Origin: Gammaproteobacteria bacterium
GTDB taxonomy: Bacteria > Pseudomonadota > Gammaproteobacteria > UBA4575
Length of the DNA: 64,000 nucleotides
Direction of reading: 5' to 3'
Assembly: GCA_965222615.1 (NCBI GenBank)
Contig: CBDCUI010000008.1
Span: forward strand, 256,001 to 320,000
Positions 61,067 through 64,000 of this stretch are shown piece after piece (positions within the stretch are counted from its first letter, which is position 1; each line of letters opens with the position of its first letter). A model generated the notes under the pieces. It had not been told where the DNA came from, searched no databases, and was given only the letters and a program-made list of their open reading frames with translations. A program made the position numbers and the translations under genes.

Positions 61067-61082
61067 TGGCATGAAAGTTGCT
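61067..61082 (+). promoter_or_regulatory. Sigma-54 -24/-12 site, antisense to and just upstream of rpoN
   Basis: TGGCATGAAAGTTGCT matches TGGCAC-N5-TTGCW with correct spacing. Confidence 0.6.
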
Positions 61083-61148
61083 TATGTTTAACTAGAAAAC
61101 CTACTATTCGTCGTCGAAATACCACCCACAATAGTGGGAAATACAAAC

Positions 61149-61168
61149 ATCGCCAAGTAATTGGCGAT
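61149..61168 (-). terminator. Hairpin after lptB, possible weak terminator
   Basis: ATCGCCAA-GTAA-TTGGCGAT; only a short T run on the minus strand. Confidence 0.35.
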
Positions 61169-61198
61169 AAGGTTTCCTATGACGATCGATGTTGCTAG

Positions 61199-61918
61199 TT
61201 AGAAACTGTTGCCTAAATAGACGTCTTGTACCTGCTTATTATTTAAAATACTTTCAGGTGTTCCCTCAGCAAGTGTTTGGCCTTCGTTTAGAATATAAGC
61301 GCGATTACAAATATCTAATGTCTCACGCACATTGTGATCCGTTATCAACAGTCCTATTTCTTGCTTGCGGAGGGTTTTCAGAATCCTTTGTATATCTTTA
61401 ACCGAAATCGGGTCAACTCCTGCAAAAGGTTCATCAAGTAAAATAAATTTGGGTTGCATGGCAAGTGCACGAGCAATTTCCGCACGGCGTCTTTCCCCTC
61501 CAGATAAACTTGTACCTTTTTGGTCGCGGATATGTTCAATTTGCAGATCAGATAACAAAGAATCACAAAGCTGTTTACGCTGGCTCTTTTTTAAATCACC
61601 TCTAGCCTCTAGGCTTACCATCACATTTTGTTCAACCGTAAGACCACGAAAAATAGATGCCTCTTGAGGAAGGTACCCTATGCCATGCTTGGCACGCATA
61701 TGCATAGGCATCTGCGTAATATTCAAGGTGTTTAAGAAAATATTTCCGGTGTTGCAATGAATCAATCCTACAAGCATGTAGAAGCATGTTGTTTTACCTG
61801 CACCATTCGGTCCCAGTAATCCTACAATTTCGCCAGATTTAATAGTTAGACTAACATCATCGACGACAACTCGCGCTTTGAATTGTTTGCGCAAGTTTTC
61901 TGCACTTAAATTATTCAT
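61199..61918 (-). CDS. lptB: LPS export ABC ATPase
   Basis: [42 protein letters not shown]. Confidence 0.96.
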   Translation of the reverse strand: MNNLSAENLRKQFKARVVVDDVSLTIKSGEIVGLLGPNGAGKTTCFYMLVGLIHCNTGNIFLNTLNITQMPMHMRAKHGIGYLPQEASIFRGLTVEQNVMVSLEARGDLKKSQRKQLCDSLLSDLQIEHIRDQKGTSLSGGERRRAEIARALAMQPKFILLDEPFAGVDPISVKDIQRILKTLRKQEIGLLITDHNVRETLDICNRAYILNEGQTLAEGTPESILNNKQVQDVYLGNSF

Positions 61919-61956
61919 GTACTAAACTACTTAGTGCGAGTTAATATGCGCCGGGT

Positions 61957-62484
61957 TTATTGCGCTTGCTCAGAATTACTTTGCTCTTTTATCGTTTCCG
62001 GAAGTACAGTGATGTTAACTCGATCATCTCCACTAGAACTGCCTGCGCTGACAATTTCTTTATCGGTATAGAAGACGATACGATCGCTAGCAAAGGTATT
62101 TCCTGCTTCCGTTAATTTAGCGTCATTTGTTAGCACTATTTCGTTAGAAGTTATGCTATATACCATTTTTTTTGCTTCGGCATTAATAAGTTTTCCGTCA
62201 TCTGTGATTTGTTTGAATGTGCTTAAGTTTCCTTCAGCTATGATTTTTTGTACTTTTTTGTTTGCGGTTTCTAAAATTACTTTTTCACCAGTAAGCTGCA
62301 TAGTTCCTTGAGTGATTTTAACATCACCACGATAAACACTTATTCCAGTTAAATCATTTATTTCTGCAGAATCTGCTTTGATATTAATAGGCTTACTTGC
62401 GTCATCAGATCTCGCTGCAATTCCGCTGCTGTAAGAACTTGTTAGTATTATCGATAAGATAAAAATTATGCGCTTAAGGATCAT
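61957..62484 (-). CDS. lptA: LPS transport periplasmic protein
   Basis: Signal peptide; D..KPI.I.AD, Y.GDV.ITQG; synteny; start approximate. Confidence 0.9.
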   Translation of the reverse strand: MILKRIIFILSIILTSSYSSGIAARSDDASKPINIKADSAEINDLTGISVYRGDVKITQGTMQLTGEKVILETANKKVQKIIAEGNLSTFKQITDDGKLINAEAKKMVYSITSNEIVLTNDAKLTEAGNTFASDRIVFYTDKEIVSAGSSSGDDRVNITVLPETIKEQSNSEQAQ

Positions 62485-63037
62485 AATAACCGGTAACATT
62501 GTTGTGTAAGTGAACGATCTGTGTATCTATGTCTAAGGTCATTCCTATGGCTTTAAGTTTTTGCTTGCCACGTTTGGCAGTTACTGGAGATTCTGTTGTG
62601 GCACGCTGTTTTTTTGGGTAAATAGTTAGTTTATCAGTGAATACTTCAAGTAGGTACGGATCATCTTCCGATTTAGGTTGCCTAATTACCACATCTCCAA
62701 CCAAGTTAATTATTTTATTGTCATCTTGTGTATTTCCTTTTAAGGATTTGGCAAATACTTTACTGCCATTGTTACGAAAAATTTCAATATCGGGTGATTC
62801 GAATTGGCTGCGTTTTTCGTCATCATATAACCAGTATTTAGGCGCATATAGCTTATATTGGGGCTTGCCATCGCTTGAGTTAATAATCATTTCAATATCG
62901 TTAAAGCTTACTGAGGGTCTGTCTGAAAGCGGCGGTGTTGATAATTCCATATACTCCGTGCGTTGGTTAAGAAACCACAGTGTCGCAGCAGCGCCGACGA
63001 TAATCAAACAACATAACCAAATTAATCTGAGCGACAT
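62474..63037 (-). CDS. lptC: LPS export periplasmic protein LptC
   Basis: Single N-terminal TM, beta-jellyroll-like remainder, located between kdsC and lptA. Confidence 0.85.
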   Translation of the reverse strand: MSLRLIWLCCLIIVGAAATLWFLNQRTEYMELSTPPLSDRPSVSFNDIEMIINSSDGKPQYKLYAPKYWLYDDEKRSQFESPDIEIFRNNGSKVFAKSLKGNTQDDNKIINLVGDVVIRQPKSEDDPYLLEVFTDKLTIYPKKQRATTESPVTAKRGKQKLKAIGMTLDIDTQIVHLHNNVTGYYDP

Positions 63038-63048
63038 AAAACAGTGTT

Positions 63049-63582
63049 TTACCGTAAATGATAAGTTTGTGCCTGTTCTAATAGACCCTGTGCAGCCAAA
63101 ATGAGTTCACACACTTCCCGTACCGCGCCATTCCCACCTGTAGCTGTAGTTTCCCAATGAGCATGTTGCTTTACAAATGAATTAGCATTAGCAACTGCAA
63201 TTGCTAAGCCACAACGAGACATTACTTGTAAGTCAACAATGTCATCTCCTACAAAGCACGTTTGTTGTTCGTTAATATTTAAGCTAGAAAGTAATTTCTG
63301 AAAAACAGTAAATTTATCTGTGCAGCCTTGGTGTACGTGTTTTACTTCTAGGTCTCGCATTCGATACTCAAGTGCTTTAGATTGTCTGCCCGTGATTACA
63401 CCAACGCTTACACCATAATGTTGCAGCAAACGGATACCGTGACCGTCATGAGTATTAAAAACTTTCATCTCATTACCATTAGAATCGAAGTAAAGTTTGC
63501 CGTCGGTGAGTACACCGTCAACATCAAACAGAGTCAAGCGTACTGATTTTGCACGTTCTAATATGTTGTTTGAATAATTCAC
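63049..63582 (-). CDS. kdsC: KDO 8-phosphate phosphatase
   Basis: FDVDGVLTDG, DG.GI, ITGR, GDDIVD, GG.GAVRE. Confidence 0.95.
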   Translation of the reverse strand: MNYSNNILERAKSVRLTLFDVDGVLTDGKLYFDSNGNEMKVFNTHDGHGIRLLQHYGVSVGVITGRQSKALEYRMRDLEVKHVHQGCTDKFTVFQKLLSSLNINEQQTCFVGDDIVDLQVMSRCGLAIAVANANSFVKQHAHWETTATGGNGAVREVCELILAAQGLLEQAQTYHLR

Positions 63583-63617
63583 TAGTATAAAAATATTTGT
63601 ATGAAATTCAAAATTCT

Positions 63618-64000
63618 CTATAAAGCCTGCATATAGATGTAAAACATATAAACGATATATGCACTGACAAATGCAATACTGTAAAAGCGTGGAATTCTTT
63701 TAGATGGTAAATATAATAATGCTAGCAAAAATAGCGCTAAAGTTGCGGCAAGCATAACCGGGAAATCACGGAAATAAATCTCACGAGGCACAGAGTAATT
63801 GGTAATTATACTTGCGATCCCGGTAACACCTAGAATATTAAAAATATTTGATCCAACTATATTTCCCAATGCAAGCTCGCTGTGTTTTTTCATTGCGCTC
63901 GAAATACAAGCGGCGAGTTCTGGTAAGCTCGTGCCGAGTGCAATTACTGTTAAACCGATAACCAAATCACTTACTCCTAGTTTTTCTGCAATCGAAACTG
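63618..64000 (-). CDS. Calcium/sodium antiporter (YrbG family), 5'-truncated
   Basis: GLTVIALGTSLPEL, GNIVGSNIFN; frame open to the window edge. Confidence 0.9.
   Translation of the reverse strand, partial: VSIAEKLGVSDLVIGLTVIALGTSLPELAACISSAMKKHSELALGNIVGSNIFNILGVTGIASIITNYSVPREIYFRDFPVMLAATLALFLLALLYLPSKRIPRFYSIAFVSAYIVYMFYIYMQAL

Overview
AT-rich chromosomal window, most likely from a non-enteric gammaproteobacterium (inferred from hprK inside the rpoN operon and the metG/apbC/dcd/nth neighbourhood). 1-37 kb is the distal part of a large surface or exopolysaccharide locus: nine sulfotransferase-family genes interleaved with GT2/GT4 glycosyltransferases, an acyltransferase, a Wzy-like membrane protein, an AsnB-type amidotransferase, an AlgD-like dehydrogenase, two lyase-family genes and a WcaJ-type priming transferase. 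Within it are three adjacent exported paralogues sharing a C-terminal domain that reads as a circularly permuted fibronectin-III fold; one carries a secreted poly-lysine tract. 37.7 kb holds a candidate CRP-class sRNA. 38-47 kb is a split MNIO (DUF692) oxazolin/bufferin-type RiPP system with an (EGKCG)11 precursor, interrupted by an FkbM methyltransferase, an FMN glutamate-synthase-family gene and a ThDP enzyme plus ALDH pair. 47-64 kb is housekeeping (nth, metG, apbC, dcd, mgtE, regulatory PTS, rpoN, lptBAC, kdsC) with a nested MITE-like element. No rRNA, tRNA, CRISPR or transposase was seen. All family calls are by motif recognition, without database searches.
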